Shown here in pieces: positions 38,896-49,158 of a stretch of DNA of 64,000 bases; position 1 is the stretch's first letter; each line of letters begins with the position of its first letter. The stretch is from an uncultured bacterium (GTDB lineage: Bacteria > Verrucomicrobiota > Verrucomicrobiia > Verrucomicrobiales > DEV007): positions 1 to 64,000 of the forward strand of contig CAXBMO010000019.1 in assembly GCA_963977015.1 (NCBI GenBank), given 5' to 3'. The position numbers were made by a program, and so were the translations under genes. The notes beneath the pieces are model-generated. The model was given only the letters and a program-made list of their open reading frames with translations. It made no database searches and was not told the DNA's origin.

Positions 38896-41093
38896 GAGCC
38901 AAACAATTCATAGAAGAAAAGATTCGCGCGTTCGACGGTCCGCTCACCGAGGAACTGCTGCGGGATCCGGGAAAATTCGGGCTGGGGCAACTTCCTCGCA
39001 CGATGGAGCCCGATGCGACCACGTCGGTTGTCTGTGGCTATTGTTCGACCGGTTGCTCGCTCAACGTTCATTTGAAAGACGGGCAAGCCATCAACCTCTC
39101 TCCGGATCCTGACTACCCGGTCAACCTCGGAATGGCCTGTCCGAAAGGTTGGGAATCCCTCACGCCACTCGCCGCCGATGACCGAGGAACGAGTCCGCTC
39201 TATCGCGCTTCGTCGGATGATGCCCTGGAGCCGATCGAGTGGAAAGACGCGGCGCAGACGTTCTGCGACCGGATGCGCACGGTGCAGCGTGAGCATGGAC
39301 CGGAATCGATTGCCTTCCTCAGTACGGGCCAGATCTGCACCGAGGAAATGGCCCTGCTCGGGGCGTTCGCGAAGTTCGAAATGGGGATGATCCATGGCGA
39401 TGGCAATACCCGGCAGTGCATGGCGACGGCAGTCACCGCCTACAAGGAATCGTTCGGTTTCGATGCGCCACCGTTCAGCTACCAGGATTTCGAGGAATCG
39501 GATGTCATTGTCTTGATCGGCTCGAATCTCTGCATCGCGCATCCCATTCTGTGGCAACGCGTTCTTCGCAACGAGAACAACCCGGAGATCATCGTGATTG
39601 ATCCGCGCAAGACGGAAACGGCGATGCAGGCAACGCAACATGTCGCGCTACGCCCAAAGTCAGATCTCACGTTTCTTTACGGGATCGCTCAACTCCTGGT
39701 GGAGAACGATTGGCTGGACTCGGATTTCATTGAAGCCCACACCTCCGGGTTTGAGGATTTCAAAGAGCACATCGCTTCGTTTACGGCGGAACGGGTTTCG
39801 CAGGAGAGCGATGTTCCCTTGTCCGAACTGAAAGGCTTGGCGCAGAAAATTGGCGAAGGGAAGCGTGTTTCTCTCTGGTGGACCATGGGCGTGAATCAAA
39901 GCTACGAGGCGACGCGAACGGCACAGGCCATCATCAATATCGCCCTGATGACGGGCAATATCGGGAAGCCCGGCACTGGGGCGAATTCGATCACGGGTCA
40001 GTGCAACGCGATGGGATCCCGACTCTTCAGCAACACCACCAGTTTGTTGGGGGGGCATGATTTCCTGAACGCCCAGCATCGAGAGAAGGTGGCCGAGGTT
40101 CTCGAAATCGATCCGGCGAAAATTCCGGATCAGCGAAGTTGGGCCTACGATCAGATTGTCGACGGAATCGAAACGGGCAAGATCAAAGCGCTCTGGATTG
40201 TGGCGACGAATGGGGCTCACTCCTGGGCCCATCAGAATCGATTCCGGAAGCTTCTCTCGAAGTTGGATTTTCTCGTCGTCCAGGACATCTACCCAACCAC
40301 CGAGACCGCCGAGCTGGCGGATTTGTTTCTCCCGGCCGCGGGTTGGGGAGAGAAGGACGGGACGCTGATCAACTCCGAACGCCGAATCGGTCTCGTCAAG
40401 CGAGTCAGCCGTTCGCCCGGAGAGGCGCTCGCGGATTTCTCGATCTTCCGGTATCTGGCGTCGACCTGGGGAGCGGGTCCCTGGTTGGCAAAGTGGAAGA
40501 CGCCGGAAGATGCGTTTCAGATTCTCAAGAAACTAAGCAAGGATCAGCCCTGTGATATTCGCGGAATCAAGGATTACCGCGAAATCGACGAAGCCGGTGG
40601 CATCCAATGGCCCTTGGCGGAATCCTCCTCATCCATCGAAACGCATCGTCACCTCTTTGCGGATGGAACGTTTTATACCGACGATGGGAGGGCACGGTTT
40701 ATCTATGACGATCCGCAACCCAATCCCGAGCCGCCTGACGAAGCTTATCCCTTCTGTTTGCTGACCGGAAGGGGGAGTTCCGCGCAGTGGCATACCGAAT
40801 CCAGAACCGGCAAATCGGAGATTCTCAAAAAGCTGCACCCGAAAGAGAGTTATGCGGAAATCAATCCCGACGACGCCCGTGCCCTGGGCATCAAATCTGC
40901 GGATCGTATTACGGTCATTTCTCGGCGGGGGAGTCTGGAGCTGAAGGCGCTCGTCACCGCAACCGTGAAGGCCGGACAAGTCTTTATTCCGATGCACAAT
41001 CCCAAGGTGAATCGCCTGACGTTATCGTCGTTCGACCCGGTCTCGCGTCAGCCCAACTACAAGGCGTGCGGCGTGAAGATCGCGAAATGTTAG
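38892..41093 (+). CDS. nasA: Assimilatory-type nitrate reductase catalytic subunit (Mo-bisPGD), no Tat signal
   Basis: CGYCSTGC...[50 protein letters not shown]. Confidence 0.85.
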   Translation: MRAKQFIEEKIRAFDGPLTEELLRDPGKFGLGQLPRTMEPDATTSVVCGYCSTGCSLNVHLKDGQAINLSPDPDYPVNLGMACPKGWESLTPLAADDRGTSPLYRASSDDALEPIEWKDAAQTFCDRMRTVQREHGPESIAFLSTGQICTEEMALLGAFAKFEMGMIHGDGNTRQCMATAVTAYKESFGFDAPPFSYQDFEESDVIVLIGSNLCIAHPILWQRVLRNENNPEIIVIDPRKTETAMQATQHVALRPKSDLTFLYGIAQLLVENDWLDSDFIEAHTSGFEDFKEHIASFTAERVSQESDVPLSELKGLAQKIGEGKRVSLWWTMGVNQSYEATRTAQAIINIALMTGNIGKPGTGANSITGQCNAMGSRLFSNTTSLLGGHDFLNAQHREKVAEVLEIDPAKIPDQRSWAYDQIVDGIETGKIKALWIVATNGAHSWAHQNRFRKLLSKLDFLVVQDIYPTTETAELADLFLPAAGWGEKDGTLINSERRIGLVKRVSRSPGEALADFSIFRYLASTWGAGPWLAKWKTPEDAFQILKKLSKDQPCDIRGIKDYREIDEAGGIQWPLAESSSSIETHRHLFADGTFYTDDGRARFIYDDPQPNPEPPDEAYPFCLLTGRGSSAQWHTESRTGKSEILKKLHPKESYAEINPDDARALGIKSADRITVISRRGSLELKALVTATVKAGQVFIPMHNPKVNRLTLSSFDPVSRQPNYKACGVKIAKC

Positions 41094-41096
41094 AAA

Positions 41097-42572
41097 TCAC
41101 TTTCTCAGCCTGCTCACGACGAGGCCCGTGAGGAAAATCGTCAACGTTCCGGTCACGATGGTGAGGTTGGAATGAAGAGCGGGCTTGAGATGGGCGGGAA
41201 CCCAGGATGAGCTGAGCCAGAAGATGACGATGACGCCGAGAATGACTCCGGTCACTGCGGCCGCGTTTCCGGCTTTCCTCACAATCAACCCGAGGAGAAA
41301 CAGGCCCAGCATTCCGCCGGCAAAAACCCCGGAGAGTTGCCACCAAATGTCGAGAATGTTCTTGGCGTTTCCGGTGAGCAGCAGCGCGGTTCCCGTTCCG
41401 ACGACTCCCCAAAAAACTGTCGCGCCGCGGAGCACCTTCATCGTCTCGCTCTCGCTGATGGCTTCGCCCCTGCGGACGAGGCGCTTCCAGATGTCTTTCA
41501 AGGTGATGGTCGCGGAGCTGTTCAAGCTGGTGTCGATCGTGCTCATGGCTGCGGCAGCGAGCGCGGCGAGGATGAGACCACCCACGCCCGGCGGAAGGTG
41601 GTTCGTCATGAAGTGGGGAAGAATCGAGTCCTCGAACTTCCGGTTTCCCGCCATTTCCTGAATCGCGGCGACTTCCTCGGGCATGGATTGATAGAAGCTG
41701 AAGAGCAGGGAGCCGATCAGGAAAAAGAGCAGCGAGACGGGCACGTAAAGCATCGCCCCAACCCAGAGCGAACGTTTCGCGGCGGCTTCCGACGAGGCGG
41801 CGTGATAGCGTTGGATGTAGTTTTGATCGATCCCGAAATTGGTCAGGTTGATGAAGAGACCGTAAAGCAGGACGACCCACACGGTCGAATTGGCGACGTC
41901 GAACAACGACCAACTACCCAGCGAAAATTTGTCGGCCTCGGTCGCGAGGCGAATCGCTTCCCCGGCACCGCCCGGATGTTCGAAGAGCAGAATCGCAACG
42001 ACGAGAACCGCGCCCAACGTCAGCACCACACTTTGAATCGCGTCCGTCCAGATCACGGCCTCGATGCCGCCGATGAGGGTGTAGGCGGTGACGAGAACTC
42101 CGGCGATCAAAATGATGGTGACGAGATTCCAGCCGGTGACCTGCTGAAGCCCGATCGCCACGCCGAGCATGATCGTGGCGCTTCGCGCGACCTGGGTGAG
42201 GAGGTAGCAGATCACCGCATAAATCCGCGCCCACGTTCCGAACCGGTGTTCAAGATGCTCGTAAGCCGAGATTTCTCCGGTGTCCCGGTAAAACTTCACG
42301 AACCATCGCGTCGCAATGAGAATGGCGATCGGAATCGATAGGGAAAAGACGAAGGCGTTCCAGTTTCCGGCATAGGCCTTGCCGGGGACACCGATGAAGG
42401 TGTTCGACGAAAGATAGGTGCCGAACAAGCTCAGCCCGATCACCCAGCCCGGGAGCCGGCCTCCCGCCTTCATGAACCCTTCCGAGGTCCTGCTGCGCCG
42501 GGCAAACCAGAAACCGACGCCGACAACGAGCGCGATGTAGAGAACGAGAACAATGAGGTCGAGGGGTTGCAT
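41097..42572 (-). CDS. Sodium:solute symporter (resembles sialic-acid SSS subgroup)
   Basis: SLFGTYLSSNTFIGVPG, SAYEHLEHRFG, GGIEAVIWTD, DQNYIQRY, AAAMST. Confidence 0.9.
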   Translation of the reverse strand: MQPLDLIVLVLYIALVVGVGFWFARRSRTSEGFMKAGGRLPGWVIGLSLFGTYLSSNTFIGVPGKAYAGNWNAFVFSLSIPIAILIATRWFVKFYRDTGEISAYEHLEHRFGTWARIYAVICYLLTQVARSATIMLGVAIGLQQVTGWNLVTIILIAGVLVTAYTLIGGIEAVIWTDAIQSVVLTLGAVLVVAILLFEHPGGAGEAIRLATEADKFSLGSWSLFDVANSTVWVVLLYGLFINLTNFGIDQNYIQRYHAASSEAAAKRSLWVGAMLYVPVSLLFFLIGSLLFSFYQSMPEEVAAIQEMAGNRKFEDSILPHFMTNHLPPGVGGLILAALAAAAMSTIDTSLNSSATITLKDIWKRLVRRGEAISESETMKVLRGATVFWGVVGTGTALLLTGNAKNILDIWWQLSGVFAGGMLGLFLLGLIVRKAGNAAAVTGVILGVIVIFWLSSSWVPAHLKPALHSNLTIVTGTLTIFLTGLVVSRLRK

Positions 42573-42622
42573 AACGAGTTCGGTGTCCGTCGATGGCTGG
42601 CAGAGCGATCGTCGAGCCTGGC

Positions 42623-45559
42623 TTATTCCGCGACGTCAAACGTGGCGATTGGGGCTTCCTCCAGCTTGCTCGGATCGATCACGACATGGCGAACCTTGGT
42701 TCGATTCCACGTGTAGGTCATGTGGACGAGGCCGTCGCGGGTCTGGATCATGGCAGGATAGGAGAACTCTCCGCTCTCGGCTTTCTCAACCACCGCTGCG
42801 GCTTTCCAGTCCTTGCCGTCGCTGCTGATGGCGAGATTGATGACGTTGCGTTTTCCCCAGCCTTCCTTGCGGTGGGCGCCCTGGTGATTGTAGAGCAGGA
42901 GATGCCGGCCATCGCTCAGGGTCAGGGCTTCAATTCCGGAGTTGTTGTTCGGCAGGGAAGTCTCCTCCATTTCGCTCCAAGTGTTTCCCTGGTCGGTGGA
43001 AAAGCATTGGATGATCTTCTCGTGCTTGGAGCGGAAGAGCGCCTGGATCGTGCCGTCCGGATGCGTCAGCAGGGTTGGCTGAATGACTTCGAAGGGCTGG
43101 GTCTCCGGCTCGACCCGCTTCCAGGATTTGCCGAGTTCGGGCCGTTCGATGTCCGTGAGATGCTCAAAGTGGAAACGCCAGAGGTTGTCGTATTCCGTCG
43201 ATGAAGGGCAGAGGATCGTTCCGTTGGCAAGAACCAGTGCCTTGGACCGGACCGGGCCATGCATCTGTTCGGGCAGGCGGACGCGATCGCGAAAGGATCG
43301 TCCCCGATCATAGCTGTAAAGCACTTCGCCCCACCATCCGCGCGGATCGGGGCCGGCTTTGAAAAAGAGCATGAGCGGCGCGTCGCCGGGCGGTTGGAAA
43401 AGCACGGGGTTCCAACAAGGGTAACGCAGATCCTTATGCTGAACGCCGTCCGCGACAAGCCGGGGTGAACTCCAGCCCGCCCCATCGTGATAGCTGGACC
43501 AAATCCCCACGTCGGGATGCTTCTCCTTGGTTCCTCCAAACCAGGCGGCAACCAGGCCGCGCGTGGTTTCGACGAGCGTTGAGGCATGGCACTGGGGAAA
43601 CGAAGCCTTGTTGTAGATGAATGCTTCGCTGACCAAACCGGCAAATCGCGGGGGAGTGGGTGCTTTGGCGGGGCGCGCTTTCAGGGCTTCGGCGGGGTAG
43701 GCGATGCAGTCGTTGTGATGGATGAAATACAGCCTGCCGTTTTCCGCTCCGACAAGCAAGTCAGGCTTCCCGTCCTGGTCGAAGTCGCAAGCCGTCGGGC
43801 TGGAGGTGTGACCCGCCACGTTGCGTTTGGCGAGGTTCCCGATCTTCTTCAGAACCACCTTGCCATCGCGATCCTCGCAATTGCGATACCAGGCCGCGTT
43901 CTCCGAATTGACGAGCACGTCGAGCCGTCCGTCGCCATCCCAATCGACCACGTCCAGCTTGTAGCGGCCACTGCGACCCGCAGTATGCTCGTTGAGACGA
44001 ATCGGCTGGTTGTCTTCGTCGACGAAGATCCGGGTTTCGGTCCGGGCGCGGCTTTGGCAGGTGAGATAACCCTCCTGATCGAGAATCACGAGATCGAGCT
44101 TGCCGTCTCCATCGAAGTCCGTCGCCAGGGGCGTGGTTCGCCACTGCGTCTGCAGGTTCTCGGCAAGCGTCTGCCACCAGTAAAACGCGGGTGGCGATTC
44201 CTCGGTCCAGAACGAAAGTGGTTGTTCGGTCAGGCCATCCTCGGTGTTGCGGAGCAGCTGAATCCTCGGCCAGATCGAGTTGTAGAGGATGTCGTCCCGC
44301 CCGTCCTCATCCCAATCCGCGACCGAGAGCGTGGTGTAACCCCACTTGGCTTCGGCCGGGCCCTGGATCGAGCCGTTTTCGCCCGCGAGAACGCGAAACT
44401 CTTTCCCGTCGACTTCGAGCAGTTTGGGAGCGCTCCATTTCGTGCCTTTCCCGTCGAGATTCTCGAAGACGCTGATGTTTCCCGCGGTGTTGCCACAAAC
44501 GATATCCTCGTCGCCGTCGCCATCCCAATCATGAGCGTAAGGGGTGGCCAGGGCGCCGAATTTGAGCGTGTCGGCTTCCTGTTGGAAGTAGACCGGTTGG
44601 AGAAATTGCGGAATCCCGCCGACCGACTTCCCAGTGTGCTCGACCAACGCGACGCGCCCGTCTTCGTCGCCCACGATCAGATCGAAGTCGCCATCCTGAT
44701 CCCAATCGATCGCGGTCGGCGTGATCATCTGGAGATGAAGCACGAGCGGTTCTCCGTCGGCGCCCTTCAGCTTGAGGCCCGAGGCGTAAACCGGCACTTC
44801 CCGTGTCCCGATGTTCTGGAAGTAGGTGAAGCCATCGAGAAATTCGCCACAAAGCAGGTCGAGGTCGCCATCGCCGTCAAAGTCGGCGAAGTTCGGGCAG
44901 GGCCAACCGAAAACGTCGATCGGCGATCCGCCCGCGGTGAGTTTGACCGGATTCCCGGAGTATTTCCCCTCGTCGTTTTCGATGAGATAGACCCAACCGT
45001 GCAACGGTCCGTTTTTCCAGCGCCCTTGGCCGTCATAGGCGTGATCCCATTCATAGTCGCTCCAGTCGCCGATCCCCACGATGAGATCCTGATCGCCGTC
45101 GTTTTCCCAATCGACATAGCGCCACATTCTCCCGCGCGTCTTGCCGCTGTGAAACCTCGGCCGATCGTAAACCTTCGTTGTCTTGTCGAGGTTTCCCGCT
45201 TTGAATTCCAGATACTCCAGGTTCTCCTTGAGCACTTTCGGTTCGCCATCCACGTAGCTAACCTGAACGTTGTGCCCGGTTTTTCCCAGGTGGGCGCCTG
45301 GTTTGAAGACCGGCATTTTCACGCTCGGATCCTGGGTAGGGTTCTCGAAGAAATAGAACCCGTTGGACGGTTTGTCGGGACAGGAGACCACGAGATCGAG
45401 ATCGCCGTCGTCATCGTAATCCATCGGCAAGGGCCACGCCCAGAGCCCGACGCCGAGATCAACCTTGAGGCCGGGATGATTGTAACGCAGGGGTTCGAGA
45501 TCCTGGCCAAGAACGGTGGCGGCCAGGAACGGAAGCAGAAAAAGAAGTCGGCGATTCAT
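42623..45559 (-). CDS. Secreted FG-GAP/VCBS repeat protein fused to a sialidase-like (BNR/Asp-box) domain
   Basis: About nine D-W/F/Y-DxDGxxD-type repeats; Asp-boxes SYDRGRSF, STDQGNTW, SSDGKDW; EFSYPA. Confidence 0.85.
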   Translation of the reverse strand: MNRRLLFLLPFLAATVLGQDLEPLRYNHPGLKVDLGVGLWAWPLPMDYDDDGDLDLVVSCPDKPSNGFYFFENPTQDPSVKMPVFKPGAHLGKTGHNVQVSYVDGEPKVLKENLEYLEFKAGNLDKTTKVYDRPRFHSGKTRGRMWRYVDWENDGDQDLIVGIGDWSDYEWDHAYDGQGRWKNGPLHGWVYLIENDEGKYSGNPVKLTAGGSPIDVFGWPCPNFADFDGDGDLDLLCGEFLDGFTYFQNIGTREVPVYASGLKLKGADGEPLVLHLQMITPTAIDWDQDGDFDLIVGDEDGRVALVEHTGKSVGGIPQFLQPVYFQQEADTLKFGALATPYAHDWDGDGDEDIVCGNTAGNISVFENLDGKGTKWSAPKLLEVDGKEFRVLAGENGSIQGPAEAKWGYTTLSVADWDEDGRDDILYNSIWPRIQLLRNTEDGLTEQPLSFWTEESPPAFYWWQTLAENLQTQWRTTPLATDFDGDGKLDLVILDQEGYLTCQSRARTETRIFVDEDNQPIRLNEHTAGRSGRYKLDVVDWDGDGRLDVLVNSENAAWYRNCEDRDGKVVLKKIGNLAKRNVAGHTSSPTACDFDQDGKPDLLVGAENGRLYFIHHNDCIAYPAEALKARPAKAPTPPRFAGLVSEAFIYNKASFPQCHASTLVETTRGLVAAWFGGTKEKHPDVGIWSSYHDGAGWSSPRLVADGVQHKDLRYPCWNPVLFQPPGDAPLMLFFKAGPDPRGWWGEVLYSYDRGRSFRDRVRLPEQMHGPVRSKALVLANGTILCPSSTEYDNLWRFHFEHLTDIERPELGKSWKRVEPETQPFEVIQPTLLTHPDGTIQALFRSKHEKIIQCFSTDQGNTWSEMEETSLPNNNSGIEALTLSDGRHLLLYNHQGAHRKEGWGKRNVINLAISSDGKDWKAAAVVEKAESGEFSYPAMIQTRDGLVHMTYTWNRTKVRHVVIDPSKLEEAPIATFDVAE

Positions 45560-45567
45560 CGCGGGGT

Positions 45568-46479
45568 TCAGGAGTTTTTGGGGTTGGGTTTGAGATCGTT
45601 GAGGATCGCCTCGACGAGACGTCGCTCCGGGGTTTTGAAGCGGTGAAAAGGTTCTGCCATGAAGTCGTCGCAGATTTCAAGAATGGAAAGCGCGCATTTG
45701 GTCGCTTTGATGTGGCGGGACGCATATTTGCCGATGTCGTAGGCGCGTTGCCAGGAATCGATCACCGCCTGTCTCGCTGCGAGCGTGGCTTCATCACCGG
45801 ATTTCGCCGCCTCAAATGCTTCGACAAACAGGCTCGGGAACACGTTCGCGCCACCGTTGACACCTCCATCGCCGCCAAGCCGCACGGCATCGGCGAGAAG
45901 ATGTTCCGGCCCCATGAAGAACGTCCAATCCGGTCGCTGTTGTCGCAACGTAACCAATTCGCCGAAATACTCGAGGTCGCCGCTGCTATCCTTCACGCCG
46001 ACAATCTTCTCGTGCTCGGTCAGGGCTCGGAGCGTGTCGATCTCGAACCAGACCTTGGTCAGGGCGGGCATGTTGTAGAGCATGAGCGGGAGCGGCAATT
46101 CGGGAACGAGATGCTCCACGTATTCGCTCAACTCAGTCTGGCCGGCCGGGAAGTAGTAGGGCGTCGTCACGACAAGGGCGTCGGCGCCGCAATCTGCGGC
46201 GGTCTTCGCAAGCGCCACCGATTCGACAAACGCGGTGTCGGTGATTCCAACGAGAACGGGAATCCGGCCCGCGACTTGTGCGCAGACTCGCTTGATCAGC
46301 TCCCGTCGCAGCGCGTATCCCAGGCTGGGCGCTTCGCCGGTCGTCCCGAGAATGAAAATCCCGCCAACGCCGCCCCCGATCACGTGCTCTAGGAGGCGTT
46401 CCAGCCCCTCATGATCGAGGCTGTCCCGATCCGACAGGGGTGTAACGAGTGGGGGGATGATTCCGTGGAGTTTTTTCAT
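45568..46479 (-). CDS. DHDPS/N-acetylneuraminate lyase family aldolase
   Basis: [20 protein letters not shown], Schiff-base GVKDSSG. Confidence 0.9.
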   Translation of the reverse strand: MKKLHGIIPPLVTPLSDRDSLDHEGLERLLEHVIGGGVGGIFILGTTGEAPSLGYALRRELIKRVCAQVAGRIPVLVGITDTAFVESVALAKTAADCGADALVVTTPYYFPAGQTELSEYVEHLVPELPLPLMLYNMPALTKVWFEIDTLRALTEHEKIVGVKDSSGDLEYFGELVTLRQQRPDWTFFMGPEHLLADAVRLGGDGGVNGGANVFPSLFVEAFEAAKSGDEATLAARQAVIDSWQRAYDIGKYASRHIKATKCALSILEICDDFMAEPFHRFKTPERRLVEAILNDLKPNPKNS

Positions 46480-46537
46480 GGGGTTCGCAAATCGAATGGC
46501 GATCTTGAACGAAGAACGCGCTTGTTGCAGTCCTTAA

Positions 46538-47725
46538 TTGCGCCAAAGATGTCTTGTTTTGCGACAAGATCCCCCGAGCCAGCGTGTTGCCGTCCTCCTG
46601 AGCCAGGATCTGGGCTACTGTCGGCGCGTGCTTTCCGGAGTGCTCCGTTTTGCGGGAGAATCCCGCGACTGGCACTTTCGCGACGGTCCTCCCGACACCG
46701 AGCTTCTCCCCGCTTTGGCCAAGTGGCGCCCTCACGGAATCATCGTGCATCTCCACGATCGGCATTTGGCGGGCGGTCTCGCGCGTATTGGTTGTCCCGT
46801 CGTCAGCACGACCGACACGTTGACGTCGTTTGATCTTCCCCTCGTCGATGTCGACAACGTCGAGGTCGGGCGAGAAGCGGCGCGCTATCTGTTGCGGCGT
46901 GGATTCGGGGAGTTTGCTTACTTTGGAAGTAAGAATGCCAGGTTTTCCCGGCATCGCGAGCAGGGCTTTCGCGAGGTGCTCGCCGATTCCGGCTTTCCGG
47001 TTCATTCCCATCATGCGGAGTTTCTCCCCAAGCCACCCGGCGGCGATCCCTGGCGTTCGGTGGGGACTCGGGTTGATGAATGGCTCGCCACCTTGCCGAA
47101 ACCCATCGCCATTTTTTGCTCGAATGACTTGCCGGCCCGCCGCATTGCCGAGGCCTGCGAGCGTGGTGGGATCACCGTGCCGGATGAGATCGCCTTGCTC
47201 GGGGTCGACAACGATTCCTCAGAGTGTCGGCTGGCTTCCCCGCACCTTTCCAGCATCGATACCCCGGCTGAAGGGATTGGTTATGAGGCCGCGCGGATGC
47301 TCGCTGAACTGATGAATGGCGGCGCTCCATCGAAACGGCGCGTTTTCCTGCCGCCGCTCTATGTGGTGACGCGTTCGTCGACGGATCGTTGGGCCTGTTC
47401 CCATCCGGTCGTCGCCAAGGCGCTCGACTTCATTCGCGATCAAAGCGCCACCGGCATCGACGTGGATGCGGTCGCCAGTCACGCCGGAGTTTCCCGCCGC
47501 CAGTTGGAACGGCAATTCCGCCAGGAGCTGCATCGCTCCATCCTCACCGCGATTCACGAAGCCAAGGTCGCGCACGCTCGTGAACTGCTCGTCTCCACGG
47601 ACCTGCGCATGGCCGAGATCTCGGAACGCGCCGGATTCAGCTCCGCCAAACGTCTCCACGCCGTCTTTCACGCGCAGACCGGCTTCAGCCCGGCGGACTT
47701 TCGGCGACGCACTCACGCGAGGTGA
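46538..47725 (+). CDS. XylR-type regulator (periplasmic-binding-fold sensor plus AraC HTH)
   Basis: LPKPIAIFCSND, VPDEIALLGVDND, LSSID, SRRQLERQF, ISERAGF; TTG start uncertain. Confidence 0.88.
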   Translation: MRQRCLVLRQDPPSQRVAVLLSQDLGYCRRVLSGVLRFAGESRDWHFRDGPPDTELLPALAKWRPHGIIVHLHDRHLAGGLARIGCPVVSTTDTLTSFDLPLVDVDNVEVGREAARYLLRRGFGEFAYFGSKNARFSRHREQGFREVLADSGFPVHSHHAEFLPKPPGGDPWRSVGTRVDEWLATLPKPIAIFCSNDLPARRIAEACERGGITVPDEIALLGVDNDSSECRLASPHLSSIDTPAEGIGYEAARMLAELMNGGAPSKRRVFLPPLYVVTRSSTDRWACSHPVVAKALDFIRDQSATGIDVDAVASHAGVSRRQLERQFRQELHRSILTAIHEAKVAHARELLVSTDLRMAEISERAGFSSAKRLHAVFHAQTGFSPADFRRRTHAR

Positions 47726-47739
47726 GCCTCGCTTCGCCG

Positions 47740-49011
47740 CTATTCGGAACCGAAGCAATAGAGATGCTCGACACCGCGCACAAGGAGTTTGCCGTTCACG
47801 GGAACCGGAGCCGCCGCCAACCGCTCACCCATCTCATTCTGGGAGAGCACCTCCATCGAGTCGTCGCTGATTTGCACGGTCGCGAGCACGCCGTCTTCCC
47901 GCGCACAGTAGAGAAGATCACCGGCGAGGATGGGTGACGAATAATACTTCGCCGCCGCCCTCGGGATGGCTCCGGTCCAGATGTCCTTGCCGGTCGTGGC
48001 TTCAATGCAGTGGATCTTGCCCCGATCAGTCAGCAAATACACTTTCCCGTCGCGCCCCACCGGAGTCGGGCAATCGGCGCCAACGTCTTCGCGTTCCCAA
48101 AGTCGACTCCCTTCCGTGATGTCCCCACTTCCGCCCATCTTCACGCCTGCGGTGAACTTCGTCCGCCCAAACGGGACGACCGCGATTCCCTCCGTAAACG
48201 CCGGCGAAGCGATCACGCGCCACATCGGTTTGTCGTCGGGGTTGAAGCCTCCGCAGGTCCAGATGATTTCTCCGTTCTCCGGATTGTGGCCCGTCAGGCG
48301 GTCCGCGCCCCAGACCACGATCGTCTCTTTGCCGTCGATCTCGGTGACGTAGGGAGTCGTGTAGGATTGTCCGGTCTCCTTCTGCACCTCATACGTGCGA
48401 TCGGCCTTCCAGACTTCGCTCCCATCTGCGGGATTCAGGGCAACCAGATAGGACTCGCCTTCCTGCATCACCGCGATGACGATGTTGCCACCGGCAAACA
48501 CCGGCGACGTTCCGAGATCCCACCACAGCGTGTCCTCGCCGTAACGTTCCTGCAGATTCGTCTTCCACTTCAGTTTTCCGTCGAGCGAAAACGAAGCCAC
48601 CGTGCCGCTCTTGTAATAGACGATCAGGTCCTCGCCATTGGTGATGGGGGAGGGGTTCGAGCCGCTACCGTTCTTGTGCTTTCCGGGACGCTCTTTCCCG
48701 AGTGTCTCCTGCCAGACTTGGTCGCCCTTCCAATTGTAAGCGGTGATTCCGTCTTCGCCGTTGATGCCGCTCGTCACGAAAATCTGGTCGCCCCACACAA
48801 TCGGGGTGCTGCTGCCCACGCCGGGCAACTTCACCTTCCACTGCACGTTCTTCTCCGGCGAAAACTCGGTTGGGTAGTCGCCGGGCGCCGCCAGACTCAG
48901 CCCGTCCGGGCCGCGCCACTGGGGCCAGTTGTCATTGGCGGAAGCATGCGAAAGGGGGAGTAAAATCCCCACAACAACTAGAATGGATTGGAATGGAAGC
49001 CTCGTGATCAT
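47740..49011 (-). CDS. PQQ-like beta-propeller protein (BamB-like PVC family)
   Basis: NWPQWRGP, WKVKLPG.GSSTPIV, repeated SP...G...W units. Confidence 0.85.
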   Translation of the reverse strand: MITRLPFQSILVVVGILLPLSHASANDNWPQWRGPDGLSLAAPGDYPTEFSPEKNVQWKVKLPGVGSSTPIVWGDQIFVTSGINGEDGITAYNWKGDQVWQETLGKERPGKHKNGSGSNPSPITNGEDLIVYYKSGTVASFSLDGKLKWKTNLQERYGEDTLWWDLGTSPVFAGGNIVIAVMQEGESYLVALNPADGSEVWKADRTYEVQKETGQSYTTPYVTEIDGKETIVVWGADRLTGHNPENGEIIWTCGGFNPDDKPMWRVIASPAFTEGIAVVPFGRTKFTAGVKMGGSGDITEGSRLWEREDVGADCPTPVGRDGKVYLLTDRGKIHCIEATTGKDIWTGAIPRAAAKYYSSPILAGDLLYCAREDGVLATVQISDDSMEVLSQNEMGERLAAAPVPVNGKLLVRGVEHLYCFGSE

Positions 49012-49158
49012 TGCGCCATTCCGACAATCGCCATCGAATTCAGGTTCAAAAATGCCTGCGGAAGTGTGAGGAACCGCCGAAGCGCCCCGACTGCGGTTCC
49101 CTCCTCGCGGAAACTGATTGCGCGAGATGCCTGGAGCGGCAGGTTCTCAGTCCAATCC

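Noticed and set aside
37405-41093. Respiratory DMSO reductase or periplasmic Nap
   Set aside because: No Tat signal; the catalytic subunit has Nas/NarB-type motifs and assimilatory context
43586-45646. 686-aa plus-strand ORF
   Set aside because: Antisense shadow of the FG-GAP/sialidase gene; no motifs; expected in GC-rich DNA
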